From: the human T2T-CHM13v2.0 reference genome, Homo sapiens
Direction: 5' to 3' (one strand)
DNA: 64,000 bases
Assembly (NCBI RefSeq): GCF_009914755.1
Contig: NC_060938.1
Shown: positions 29,390-42,454 of the stretch, piece by piece
Layout: each line of letters opens with the position of its first letter
Numbering within the stretch: position 1 is the first letter of the stretch
Translations under genes and position numbers: made by a program
The notes under the pieces: generated by a model
Database searches by the model: none
Told to the model about the DNA's origin: nothing
The model's input: only the letters and a program-made list of their open reading frames with translations

Positions 29390-30931
29390 ATAGCAATATT
29401 TGCCATGTTGAAGTACAGATGAAATTAATGCCTATCAAAATTCTGGCTAGCTTTTTTTTTTTTTTCAGAAACTGACAAGTTGATCCTAAAATTTATATAG
29501 AAATGCAAGAGACCTAGAATAGCTAAAACAAAGTTAGAGGACCCATTCTTACTGATTTACCTCCTAGAAAGCTACAGTAATCAAGGCAGTGTGGTATTGA
29601 CATAAAAATAGACATCCAGGTCAATGGAATAGAATTGAGAATCTAGAACTAAACCCTTATATTTATGATTTTTGACTAGGGTGCCAAAACTATTCAACAG
29701 GATAAAGAATCATCTTTTCAACAAACAGTGTTGGGGCAACTTGATATCCACATGGAAAAGAATGAAGTTGGATCTCATCATATACAAAAATTAACTAAAA
29801 TGAATCATAAATTTAGATGTAAGCACTAAACCTATAAAACTCTTAGATAAAAATATTGGAGTAAATTTTCATGAGCTTGGTTGGGTTAGGTAGATAGAGT
29901 CTTTGACTTCATCAAAATTAAAACTTTTGTGCTATAAATGACACTATCAAGAAAGTGAAAAGACAACTCTTACAACTCGATTCTTTTTAATATAAGAACT
30001 CAATTAGAATACAACTCAGTTCTAATATAAGAACTAATACAAGAATTCATAATGTGAAAACTTATATTACAAACGGAAGGAAATTCTGACACATGTATAA
30101 CATAGGTGAACCTTGAAAACATTATATTAAGTGAAAGAACATAATAGATAGTGATGAAAAGATAAATCAATTTAAAAATGGGCAAAAATATGACAGCTAT
30201 TCCTCCAAGAATGATATATGAATGGCCAATAAATATATAAAAAGATGCTCAATCATTAGCCATTAGGAAAACGCAAACCAAAACCACAATGAGATATCAT
30301 TTTACACTTACTAGGATGGTTGTACAAAAAACACAAATAATACCATGTGTTGGTAAGAATGTAGAGACATTGGAACCCCTCATGTATTGCTGGTGGGAAT
30401 GTGTATTGGTGCAGCCACTTTGGGAACCAGTTTGGCAGTACTTCAAAAGAGTAATCATGGAGCTACTATAGGACCCAGCAATTCCACTCTTATCAATGCA
30501 CCCAAGATAAATGAAAACATATATCCACACAAAAACTGGCACACATGTGTTCATAGCAGTGTTATTTATAATAGCCAAAAGTATGAACAACCCAAATGTC
30601 TATCAACCGATGAATGGATAAACATGATGTCATATATATACAATGACATATTATTTGTCAATAAACAGAAAGGAAATTATGACATGTCATAACATGGGTG
30701 AACCTTGGAAATATGTTAAGTGAAAGAGGCAACTCACAAAAGACCACATACTGTATGATTCCATTTATATGAATGTCCAGGGTAGGGAAATCTACAGTGA
30801 CATAAAGTAGATGAATGGTGGTTGCCTAGGGCTGGGCTGGTTGGGGGTGGGAGAGGGCAGAAGAAGAAGTGACTGCTAATGGAGCCAAGGTCTCATTAAG
30901 GGATAATGAAAATGTTCTAAAATTGATTATG

Positions 30932-31232
30932 GGCTTGGCATGGTGGCTCACGCCTGTTAATTCCAGTATTTTGGGAGGCTGAGGCAAGAGGATCGCTTGA
31001 GGCCAGGAGTTTGAGATCATCCTGGACAGCACAGTGAGATCCTATCTCTGCAAAAAATTAAAAAATTAGCTAGGCATGTTGGCACATAACTGTGGTCTCA
31101 GCTACTCAGGAGGCTGAGGTGGAGGATCTCTTGAGCCCAGAAGGTAGAGGCTGCAGTCAGTCATGATCATGCCACTGCACTCCAGCCTGGTGACAGAGCA
31201 AGACCCTGTCTCAAATAAATAAATAAATAAAT
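30932..31232 (+). mobile_element. AluJ
   Basis: GAGGATCGCTTGAG and GAGGCTGCAGT J-type features; (TAAA)n tail; TSD AAATTGATT(A/G)TG at 30920-30931 and 31233-31244. Confidence 0.92.
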
Positions 31233-33051
31233 AAATTGATTGTGATGAATATATATACTAAAAACATTGAATTGTACATTTAAATATATGAATTGTATTG
31301 CATGTGAATTTTAATTCAACAAAGCTGTAACAAACAGATTTTGTACCTAACATGGATATATCAAGGTAGACTGTCTCAGTTTTACTGATTCAGAGAGCAA
31401 TAGGCATAGCTTATAAAACCAAACATTTCTGCAGAAAAGCTAAACTTTAGGGTGGGAGGGTAGGACATTACAAAAAGGAAAATGAAAAGAAGATTCCCAA
31501 AACTCAAATAGCCAAGAAAGAGGATCACTTTTATGAGGAATTATGAATTAAGTACTTACATGGCCGAAAAGGATGAGGGAGAGAACTCTAAAATGGATGG
31601 AAATGTCTGCAATAAGCTTCCCAAGACTCCTGAGTTTGGGTCACAGGAAAGAAGAGAAATGAATCCTTTGCCTTGGAGAAAGTGCACTAAGCCCAAGGGA
31701 ATGAACCTGTGAGAAGGTGTAATGGAACACTCACTGCTTTTACACTGTTGGATTTCTCCTAGGTCCACTCATTCCCCAACTTGCTTCTACATTGGTGTTG
31801 CTATCTCTGTGACCTCTTCACAAATATATGAACTACTTTGAAAGTGGGATGCTCTGAGAAAATTCCTGGGGGAGTCTCATTGACACATTGCTCACAAATG
31901 CACTTGAGAAACTGTGTTTCATCAGTAACACTTTGAGCACCAGGTACAAACTACAAATGAATGTTGTGCAAACGTTTGGCAGAAATACAGGCTTTCTTTA
32001 CCGTTAGGCATATCTGTGGCTTTTTGATACTGTAAACAACTGACACAGCCATGGAGGAGTAGTGTATCTGAAATTGTTTATACAAAAGAATTCCATCTGT
32101 CAGTCTGTTTATAGTTCACATGTAAATGGGCAAAACCTTCATAATGAGAGAACCAGCAGAAATTCTGAATATGCTGCAAATAATTGTTTCAAAAGGGTGT
32201 GTTGAGAATTTTCCTCCCCCACTATAAGCAGTTTGCTTAGAAATTATGCTTCTTGGTAACTTTGCAGTAATTCCATGTCCTTTAAAGTTAAAGATGCAAT
32301 GATTGGAAAGCTTAGGCTTGCTTTTGGCATTTCTGAATGCCAGGCTCTGCAGAGCTCTCTAAGGCTCGGCAAGAGAATTATACCAGGAAAATGTTTTGCC
32401 TGAGGCAAGGTCAGATGCTAGAAAGCACTGAGAGGTTGGCTGACTGGGACATCAGAGGGGAGTATCCTTTCCAAGAACATTGGAACATTTTCACCATAAA
32501 AGATATTATGAGTCCCTGGCATAAGGAAGTCCTGCTTAGTTTATCCTTTTATTCTTCTTATCGTTCCTCTTTGAGTAATGTTTTATTACGAACTTGCAGC
32601 TCTTACCCCCTGTAACTGAAGCACTTCATTTGGTTTACCCAAAAGACATGGCCAGAGGTGGAGGCACAGAGAAAACCTAAAATTGCAACAGGAGTGTTTG
32701 TGTTGTGATTCGCTAATGTCCCAGCTTTTATTTTGAAGAACCTATTCTTTTAAATGCTCTACAGTTGCTGAATGTGAAGTATCATGACTTCAAACTTCAT
32801 TAGGTATTGAGTTGAGAAAAAAACTAGGGCATTCAGTGAATGAGGTATAAAGGTTTTCAATTTTTGAAATTTGTTTGAAAGGATGAATTAATAATCATCA
32901 TCATAGTTCATGATATAATTCATAATTATTTGATCATAGGGAAAAAGATTATCAAAGATATAATTTTGCCTGAAAAACAAAACACAGGGGCAGGTCTTCG
33001 TTCCAATAACCTCCAGAATTATCTTATCTCTACATATTTTGTGTATCTGTG

Positions 33052-33210
33052 TCTTCCTTCCTTCTTTCCTTCCTTCCTTCCCTCCTTCCTTCCTTCTTTC
33101 CTTCCTTCCTTCCTTCCTTCCTTCCTTCCTTCCTTCCTTCCTTCCTTCCTTCCTTCCCTCCTCCCTTCCTCCCTCCCTTCTTTCTTTCCTCCCTTCCTCC
33201 CTTCCTTCCA
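33052..33210. repeat. (TTCC)n / CT-rich polypyrimidine tract
   Basis: About 155 bp of pure pyrimidine on the + strand. Confidence 0.97.
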
Positions 33211-33689
33211 TCTTTCGCTTTTCTATACATTCTCTATATAAAGAGACTTGAACAGTTCCCATAGTGATGCTTTTCTCAACCTTTAGAATTTCCATCTTCA
33301 GGGCATTTTCCCTAATATGTAATCTAATACCCATGACTGCATTTTTGGCCTATACTCTTACTTTGTTTTTGTCAATGCAAAATTATTTTTTAAAGTTACT
33401 TAACTTAAATTGGTTCAAATCTTTCTTTTTCATCAAATTGTAGTTTTAGTAGGTCATCAGTGCTTAACTTCACAGCATTACTGACATAGAAGAGATTTAG
33501 GCAGATCAGCCTCATTTGGGTAAAGGAAAATGTTTCCTTGAAATAGTCTTTGAAGTGATGGATTTTTAGAGTGTCAAAATATTTTCATTTTCCTCTCATC
33601 CCTCTCTTTTCTTCCTCTTGTTACCTTTCCTTCGTCCTTCTTTTATTTCCCTTCTTTTCACCTTTTCTTACCATTCTTCTTACATTTCT

Positions 33690-34195
33690 TCCCTTTTTAT
33701 ACATATTAAGTCCCTACCATGTGCTAGGTACTAGGAATTCAGAGACAAGCCAACCAAAGCTACAGTTGATAAATTCCCAGTCTGATGTATTAGACATTCA
33801 AGAACATCAGTGATTAAAACAGCATATGTGCGTCCACAAGACAGATGGGAGGGACACCTAATTTAACTAAGAAGGTCAGGTGGTGCATTTGAAGTGAGAC
33901 TTGTAGGAGCAGTAGTAGTTTACCAGGTAGACCAGGTAGACAAGGGAAGAAAGTTCTTGGCAAAAAGCATAGCTCCTTCCAAAGTCTGTGGTTTCCTCAG
34001 GAAACCACCAGTAGTTGCATGAGCCAGGAGAACAGGTTGCTTTGTCGAGTGTGATAGGAGATGGGCAGGGAATACCATGCTAGAAAATTCAAACTTCACC
34101 TCTAAGGTAATGGGAAGCCACTGCTGAATTTTAAGAAGGGGAGTGATAAAATCATGCTGTGTGATGGACAAATGGAGAGGAGAAGGGGCAGGAGA
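33690..34195 (-). mobile_element. L2 fragment
   Basis: CCCTACCATGTGCTAGGTACTAGG...GGTAATGGGAAGCCACTGCTGAATTTTAAGAAGGGGAGTGATAAAATC. Confidence 0.7.
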
Positions 34196-34199
34196 ACAA

Positions 34200-34460
34200 A
34201 TATTTGTCGAATACATGTTATATGTCAGATCCACTGCTACCGCTGCTTTAAGTATACAGGACTTCAAGTATACAGATTGCAGTTAATTGTCCTAGCAACT
34301 CATGAAGTGGATATTATGATTTCTGTATGACGTATGAGGAAACTGAGGTTCAGAGGTTTGTGTCACATGTTTTCATCTCTCTCTACCAAGTGTCAGATTT
34401 GGAATGTGAACCTAGATCTAGTGGATTTTGAATGTATTTTAGTACTTTGCATGAAGCCTG
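34200..34460 (-). mobile_element. MIR
   Basis: ATGAGGAAACTGAGGTTCAGAGG core. Confidence 0.7.
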
Positions 34461-34885
34461 CCTAAGGAAAGACTAAATATTTTTAAAATTCCGTTTTAAT
34501 GGAGGAAAATCTTATATTTTTAAAAGCACTTTCATATTATTCTATCATTTGGAAGAAGGAAGCTGAGGCAAAATGTTGTTATAGAATTAACCAAGGGTTC
34601 TTAGATGTTTCAATAGAAAATATGATAATTATAAATATTTTTTGGAGCGTTTTACCCCAAGAACAAACCAGATCTCATTTACAGTGCTTTTCGTCATCCT
34701 CTCAACCTTTAATTTTATCTTTCATCTTCTCTCTCTACTTTTGGGATGTAGAGGATTTTTTTTTTTCTATTTTAAAATTGAGGACATTGAGGCAGAAAAG
34801 AAAGTGACTTGCTCATAATAAAACAGAGCATAGAATGTGAAGAGCTTGATTTTATTCTTTTTCTCTCCTATGAAGTAACATTAGG

Positions 34886-34889
<4 letters not shown>

Positions 34890-34919
<30 letters not shown>

Positions 34920-34921
34920 TG

Positions 34922-34965
<44 letters not shown>
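34890..34965. repeat. Compound tetranucleotide STR (TATG)8(TATC)11
   Basis: Counted directly. Confidence 0.97.
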
Positions 34966-35348
34966 ATCTATATGCTAGGGCTGCCATAACAAAATACCAC
35001 AGACTAGCTGGCGTAAACAAATACTTATTTTCTCACAGTTCTGGAGGCTGCAAGTCCAAGGTTAAGGTGCCACCAGGTTTGGTTTCTCCTGAGGCCTCTC
35101 CCCTTGGTTTGCAGATGATCACCTTCTCACTGTGTCCTCACGTGACTTTTCCTCTGTGCATGCCCACCCCTGGTGTCTCTTCCTCTTCTTATAGGTACAG
35201 CAATCCTATTGGATTAGGGCCACACTCTTATGCCTCATTTAATCTTAATTACCTCTTTCAAGGCTCTATCTCCAAATACAGTCACATTGAGGGTTAGGGC
35301 TTCAACATATGAATTTTAGGGGTGCACAGTTGAATTCAGTCTGTAACA
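34966..35348 (-). mobile_element. MLT1A0/B/C-type MaLR solo LTR
   Basis: GCTAGGGCTGCCATAACAAAATACCACAGACT...CTCACAGTTCTGGAGGCTG...AGGGCTTCAACATATGAATTTT...TTCAGTCTGTAACA. Confidence 0.88.
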
Positions 35349-35509
35349 CTATCTATATATCTTAAACTCCAAGGCATTATGATGCAGCCTGCTAGTTAGC
35401 ATTAAATGAGGACTGATTTTAGTCAATGAAAAATTAACCATTACAGTGCCACATGAATTAGTTAAAGGCTGTCAAGGTGTGGGTTTAGAAAACTCATTGA
35501 TTTTGTGGA

Positions 35510-35665
35510 ACCAATATCTCTGTGTTGGAAGAAGCCCTAAATATGTCTAATTCACACCCCTCATTTTTCAGAAGAAAAAATGGAGACCTAGAGGTTTTAA
35601 GTGACTTGCTTAAGATTATACAGTTTGTTCATGGAAGAATTAGGACTGGAACTTGGATCTACCGA
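35510..35665 (-). mobile_element. MIR (MIR3/MIRc-like)
   Basis: CCCTCATTTTTCAGAAGAAAAAATGGAGACCTAGAGGTTTTAAGTGACTTGCTTAAG. Confidence 0.6.
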
Positions 35666-36389
35666 GCACTGCTAAGGCCAGGTTTACAGGTTGAGAACAG
35701 CCTTTAGTTTTATAAAATATGCCTTAACATTATCCACAGTCCAGAGCATTTCAAGGTATATCCTGAGTTTTTGTAAGTCACTAACATCGGAATAAAAGGA
35801 GAGAGAGGCTAAGTGGAACAGAAAAGAGGAAAAAGGGAGAAGGAAAGGGAACACATGCTCAATGAGGAAGACAAAAAAAAATGTAGCTTCATTGATGGGC
35901 TAAAGTGGAGCTCATTGTCTTCTCTGCCAATGATTCCATCCTCAGCACACAAAAGTGGGTGGTACCATCACTTCTGTCAGCCACAGAGTAACTGGGAGCA
36001 ATCCACAACTTCTCTCTCCCTTTCTCTTGCTGAGAAAATCTTCATCACTTCATCACAAATCCTGCCAATTTTACCTCCTAAAATTGTTCCAAAATCTCTC
36101 TTCTCCAGGCTCATCCTATCATCATGTCTAAAGTCAGCCTTCATCGTCTTCCATGTGGGTCCTTCTAACAGGCCCTTAAGTGTTTGTCTCTGTCTTCTTG
36201 TTCTTAAATCCATCCTCTGTTCCTTTGTGTAAAAGCCCGTGTTGCCTGTAGCAGCATTTCTTCTCTGACTTATTTGCCCCTTCAAAAATGACATATCATC
36301 TCTTTATCCTCTTTAGAGTTTTATTTTTTATGATTTTTATTATGTGTTTGGTACATAAGAAAGACATTCTTGTAGTATCAAAAGTAGAG

Positions 36390-36615
36390 GGATAATAAAG
36401 GCTAATATTTTGAGTGCTTTTGCGGAATAGCTCAATTGTTGCTCACAATAATTGTGAAAGGAGGTACTATGATTATTGGCATTTTGCAAAAAGAAATTGG
36501 AGGCTCAAAGAAGTCAGGTAACTTGTCTGAAGTCACACACCTACAAAGTGATGGAGCTGTGCTTCCAGTTGGATTCTAGAGCGCACATTTTCAACCACTG
36601 TCCTTTATTGCCACT
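36390..36615 (-). mobile_element. MIR
   Basis: GAAATTGGAGGCTCAAAGAAGTCAGGTAACTTGTCTGAAGTCACAC. Confidence 0.7.
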
Positions 36616-36964
36616 GCTGTGTCCTAAGCAGGTTCACTTGACATATACTTGGAGGCTCTTGATGAGCACAATTAATAAAATTCTTTGATTAAAAACAAAA
36701 ACAAAGTCGGAAGAGAAAATCACTACCATTGGCATCCATGCACTCCTGGTACATTCCTGCTATATCTCCCCTCCAAGGCTTTGCTCATCCTGTGCCTTCT
36801 GCCTGGTATGGCCTCTTTTCCTCTCTCAGCTTTGCTAACTCTGACTAATTCTTTGCGATTTTAAGAGATAATCTCCTCTAGGAAGGCTTTCAGCTTCCTC
36901 CTTCTTAGACTCTTATCTGGGCTAGATGGCCTTTGTCCATGTTGCATAGCACCATTTTCCTTTC

Positions 36965-37441
36965 TATGGTGGGTTTTCTGTACTCAATTGTGCCTCTCCC
37001 TCCCCTCCTCCTGTCTAAGGCTGGGAGACATATTTCCTAGAACCAGTTCCCTTGTATAGCTCTAGATTTAATTTTGCCAATGAGAGAAATCCATGTGAGA
37101 TTTGAGAGCAGAAGTGAAGTAGAGGTCACTGTTCTCAGCGAGGTGTGGGGTCAGACATGGCAGATCTCCAGATGTGAGCTCTCACTTTATGGTTTCTGGG
37201 CTTCACAAACTTCTCTGCAGGCTCCCTCTTTGTGGCCTTCCTGGAAAGTTCCAGCAAAAGCACCCACACTACGGTGCTCAGGGTGAAATCTTCATGGTCA
37301 ACCTCTTGACCTTCCATAGCATCTTTCCTGATATCTGCTCTTCCAACAGGCATGTGGTCCCCTAACTTTATGTAAAATCTATTTATTTAATATTCAAAGT
37401 GCATAGAGTACACTGGTTCCTGAACAAACCCTGACTGATAG
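36965..37441 (+). mobile_element. LTR33-like ERVL solo LTR inserted in L2 (L2 pieces ~36040-36960 and ~37445-37600)
   Basis: CATATTTCCTAGAA...TTTGCCAATGAGAG...GTGAGATTTGAGAGCAGAAGTGAAG; ends TTCCTGAACAAACCCTGACTGATA. Confidence 0.6.
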
Positions 37442-38795
37442 ATCATCCCTAACTCATTAGAACTGAAATCATCAATGACCATGGATGTCTGTGTCTCCAT
37501 CTGAACATAGGTGCTTTAAAGCCCAGATCATCTTTTTATACCAAATACCTAGCATGGTATATAGTATACCCAAAGTAAATGTTTGATTGGTGTGGATACT
37601 TAGCTTCATGAAAAACTCCATTACTTTAGGGATGACAGTTTCCATATTTGGGGGTCACCTGTGGGGTAAGTCTTGTCAATGACCTCCACTTGTAGGCATA
37701 AGAAACAAAAGGAGGGAGAGAAAATAAGAAAAGGGAAAAAATGGCACAGGAGAGTAAAGTCCGAGAGGAAGAAAATCAGAGAGGTGAAGTGATAGGGAAC
37801 AGAATAGGAAGCAGAGAGCTGGGGTAGCCAAGTGCCCCCTTTATTGGCTGTCAGCTAAGCAGTTGCTTATCCTAGAGCAGGAGTATCTCACCTTGAGTGG
37901 CACTGCTGTCTTCTCCACAATCCTCTTTTAGGAAAACTTCATTTTCCACCTTCCAGATTTCTGCCGATGCCATAAGCTAGCCATAGGGCAACATCCAAAC
38001 ATTAAGGCTTACCAGACCCCAGAGTCTCACACTGCACCTTGTATTGTGGGGGAGCAGCCAGAGGCAGAGCCTTGCAGGTTGGAGGACACACATTCAGGTG
38101 CCCCCAAAGGCAAACTAGGATTAATTTCTAAATTTTCTTTGATCTCAGGCTAATAAATTCAAGTAGGTTTATTTTTTCACTTCATCTGTTTAGTAATAAG
38201 GAATATTTTTTATTTTAGGAGCTAGGAAGGTTAGAATGTTTTCAAAACTATGATTAATGATAATAGAGGATTTTTTAGGATGCATTTTTTTAACTGTTAC
38301 TTGTCAGATTTAACATTTTTGGGACAAAATTCTTCAGCTAAAAAGATGGCTTTAGATGAACTGTATTCTTTTAAAATTTTAATCGTGTGTTCTTCTTGAT
38401 ACTTAACATCTTCTCCACTCATGATGAAAGAGGGCCATTTTTTTTTCTGTTTTGCACAATAAATACACACAGCTTCTATATTCCTTCAGAGTAAAAATCT
38501 GCTTTCCCATCTTTTGTTCCCTTTTCCAAGGGGAATAGAAAAAAAATCAATTACCAAACAGAGAGCAATTTGAAATCTTTGAATAGGTCAGGATACATTT
38601 AAATTCCACATAGGAAAAAGAAACAGTTTGCAGCAATATAGATTTACTTAACAATTTTCCTTAAATTTAAGGATCATGTGTGGCTTCCATTGATCCATTA
38701 GGAATAGATCATCTTTAGTAAAGGTATTTCACTAAAATTGCTTTCATGTGAAAGACAATTGCTTTAATATAATAAGTTTGTTACTATTTATATGA

Positions 38796-39189
<394 letters not shown>

Positions 39190-40654
39190 CACTCTCATAT
39201 TTTTTAAAAAGAAACTGTAGAGTTAATTCTTTAAAATGATTCTCAGATAGCAAACAATAGGAAAAGTAAAGGCATTAGAGAGGTGAATCAGGAGTGAAGG
39301 GAATTTGTGTGTGTGTGGTGGTGGTGGAGGTAGGGGTGGATTGAATAAATGGAATGTTTACGTTTTTTATTTTGTTTAAAACGTGCTCTCTGCCCTGGTG
39401 TTTCTGACATGTTCACAAACACAAATTCAACATTAAAATAAAATGAAACAGTTAAAAAAGCCTGTCCCTTCGAGGAGGTTGGAAGAAGATCCTGGCATCT
39501 GTGTTTCAGGGCCTGGGAGTGCTTCTTCTTGGGCTGTGAACCTGGACACGGGGAGCTGGCAGGCACACTTAGGCTGGCAGGCATCATTGTCTAATGCTGC
39601 ATAGGAAGGGGGATGTGGCTGCAGGAACCACTTTAAAGAAACCAGAGCTCCCTGGTGATGAGTGATGAGCTCTCAGGAATGAAGGGTCTTGAAGGAGGTG
39701 GGTGGGAGCAGGGGGTGGTTGTGGTAGCGTAAGAGGAGGAGGGACAAGGTGGACTTTCCAATACTAAGCGTGAGCCATCAGTCCCTTCCACAACAGCCAT
39801 CTGTGCTCTTAGGCCTCCCGTCTCTCCCTGCTATTCCAGAAGTGCTAGGCAACAGCTTCCCTCCTCCTGGCGAGGACCCTCCCTAGCACACTCATCAGAA
39901 AAACACAGCCGTGGTGCATTACATCAGCATAGGGTGGGGCCTGGAGAACACAGCAGCCCCTCACTGCTTGGAGTGGGGATGATTCAACCCCATTCAGGAG
40001 TGGGTCAAGGGAGAAAATCCACAGTTCAAACCTAATGATTTTTGCTTCTTGTTTACAAGTTTGAAATGTGAGTGAGGTAGAGCATCAGAGCCCTTAGGAT
40101 CTTTTGCTTTAAAAGTATCCCTTGTGAGGGTGCCTTTGATACTCCTTTGGATTACTTGTTGCTTTTCTACACTCATCTTTTAAAAAAAAACACACACACA
40201 CTGCTTTAGTTTTTAATAGTTCTTGTCATGATGCAAGGGGCCTGACTCCAGCTGTTCTTCCCAAACCTCTGGGAGAGGCCTGGTTACATCTCGTTCTCGT
40301 AAATCTTGAATCCAGTTCTAGCAAGTCTTTAAGCCTGACCCTGACATGCCCAGGCAATGCGTGATTGGAAACAGGAGAGGTGGAAAAGTCCTGTGCCAAG
40401 TCGTGTCCACTGCAAAAATACATCATCTGGCAATGGCTGTTTCAACATGTGGAGCAAAGTGGCACATGTCTGGCTGTACGAAGCAAGGCAAGGCCAGAGA
40501 TGTACAATCTTACTTTTGTATTTTTATATGACTTTACCAACAAGACCAAAGTCAACACATGGCTACAGATTTGCTGACAATCTCTGGGCCTATGGAGAGA
40601 AGCCCCTGTTAGCCATAAAAATATATTTCTTTTACCTATTGTGTTTTGTGACAG

Positions 40655-40860
40655 AGATATAATTTAATAAATATTAAATTATTTATCAAAATATTTATCA
40701 CCATATTATATCTATATATTATATGTCTATTTTATGTCTATATTGTAGTATATGTGTATTATATGTCCATATTATACTACATGTCTATATAATATAATAT
40801 CAACTATTAAAATGTATTAATATTAAATTTTAATGATATTATTCAATATTTAGTAAAGTT
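40655..40860. repeat. AT-rich low-complexity tract
   Basis: Degenerate TATATTATATGTC-like units. Confidence 0.7.
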
Positions 40861-40884
40861 AAAATGCAATCAGAAATTGAATGT

Positions 40885-41218
40885 TTGCCAAAATCCCTGG
40901 GTGGGGCTTCATGACTAGTTCTGGTCAATGCATTTTGAGTGAAATGATGTATGTCAGTTCCTGGCTGAGACAGTTAAAAGCTGTTACCTAATCCTTCAGC
41001 TCTCCCTCCCATACTCCAATTGAAGAGACCACATGTTGACATGGTGGAACCACCTGATAGAAGCACCTGAATCACCACTGGAAGAATAGCTGTTCTGGAG
41101 AGCCCTTCAAAACCTAAATTGGACTCTGCATAAGCAAGAAATCAATTTTCAAATGTAAGCCTTTGAGATTTCTAGCTTTTTGTTACTGCAGCATTAGCTA
41201 GTCTATCCTACCTAATAC
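40885..41218 (+). mobile_element. MLT1I/J-type MaLR LTR, 3' part
   Basis: CATGACTAGTTCTGGTCAATG...TTTGAGATTT...TTGTTACTGCAGCATTAGCTAGTCTATCCTACCTAATAC. Confidence 0.7.
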
Positions 41219-41378
41219 TTTCTGTACCAACATCTCTCAGATGAAGAAGAAAAGCTGTGCAAGAAAGAGGAATTAAGTAAAATATGCAGGTATAGAGGTC
41301 ACATATTCAGATCAAATACCTGACTGAGGAGTTAGTGAAGGCAACACTGAGGAAGAGGCCATGAAGAAGAAAAGTGAT

Positions 41379-42115
<737 letters not shown>

Positions 42116-42127
42116 GGTAGCCACACT

Positions 42128-42405
42128 AGAGGTAGGTAGCCTCTAAGATGGTCGCCGGTCATCCCTGCTTCCCAGTATTCATGCCATAGCGGCATCCCCT
42201 CTGCTTGTGTGTGGGCTAGACCTAGTGACTTGCTTTTAATGAATAGATATGGCAAAAGTAATAGAACAACACTTTGGAGATGTCATCTATCTTAACAAAA
42301 AGATGGCTTCTGTCTTGCTTGTCCTCTTTTGCTTTCTCATTTGCTTGCTCTCGGGAAAGTCAGGTGCCCATTGTGAGCTAGCCTGTGGAGAAGTCCACAT
42401 GTCTA
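42128..42405 (+). mobile_element. MLT1E/F-type LTR, 5' part
   Basis: AGCCTCTAAGATGG...CCAGTATTCATGCC...GTGTGGGCTAGACCTAGTGACTTGCTTTTAATGAATAGA. Confidence 0.7.
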
Positions 42406-42454
42406 TCACCATACCTGGCATATAATACACCTTCAAAAGATATTTTTGAATATT

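Larger units (their letters stand above)
28180..31334 (+). mobile_element. 5'-truncated L1MB-type element, interrupted by an LTR and an Alu
   Basis: ORF2 remnants (AGCAAACTAGGAATAGAAGGGAACTTCC, AAATGGAAAGACATCCTATGTTCATGGATTG) and 3'UTR ending TTCAACAAAGCTGTAACAAA. Confidence 0.88.

Noticed and set aside
32888-33334. 148-aa EGRK-repeat ORF and overlapping PSFL ORFs
   Set aside because: Artefact of the stop-free (TTCC)n tract.
34809-35297. 162-aa ORF
   Set aside because: Runs through the (TATG)(TATC) STR and the MLT1 LTR; no coding signature.
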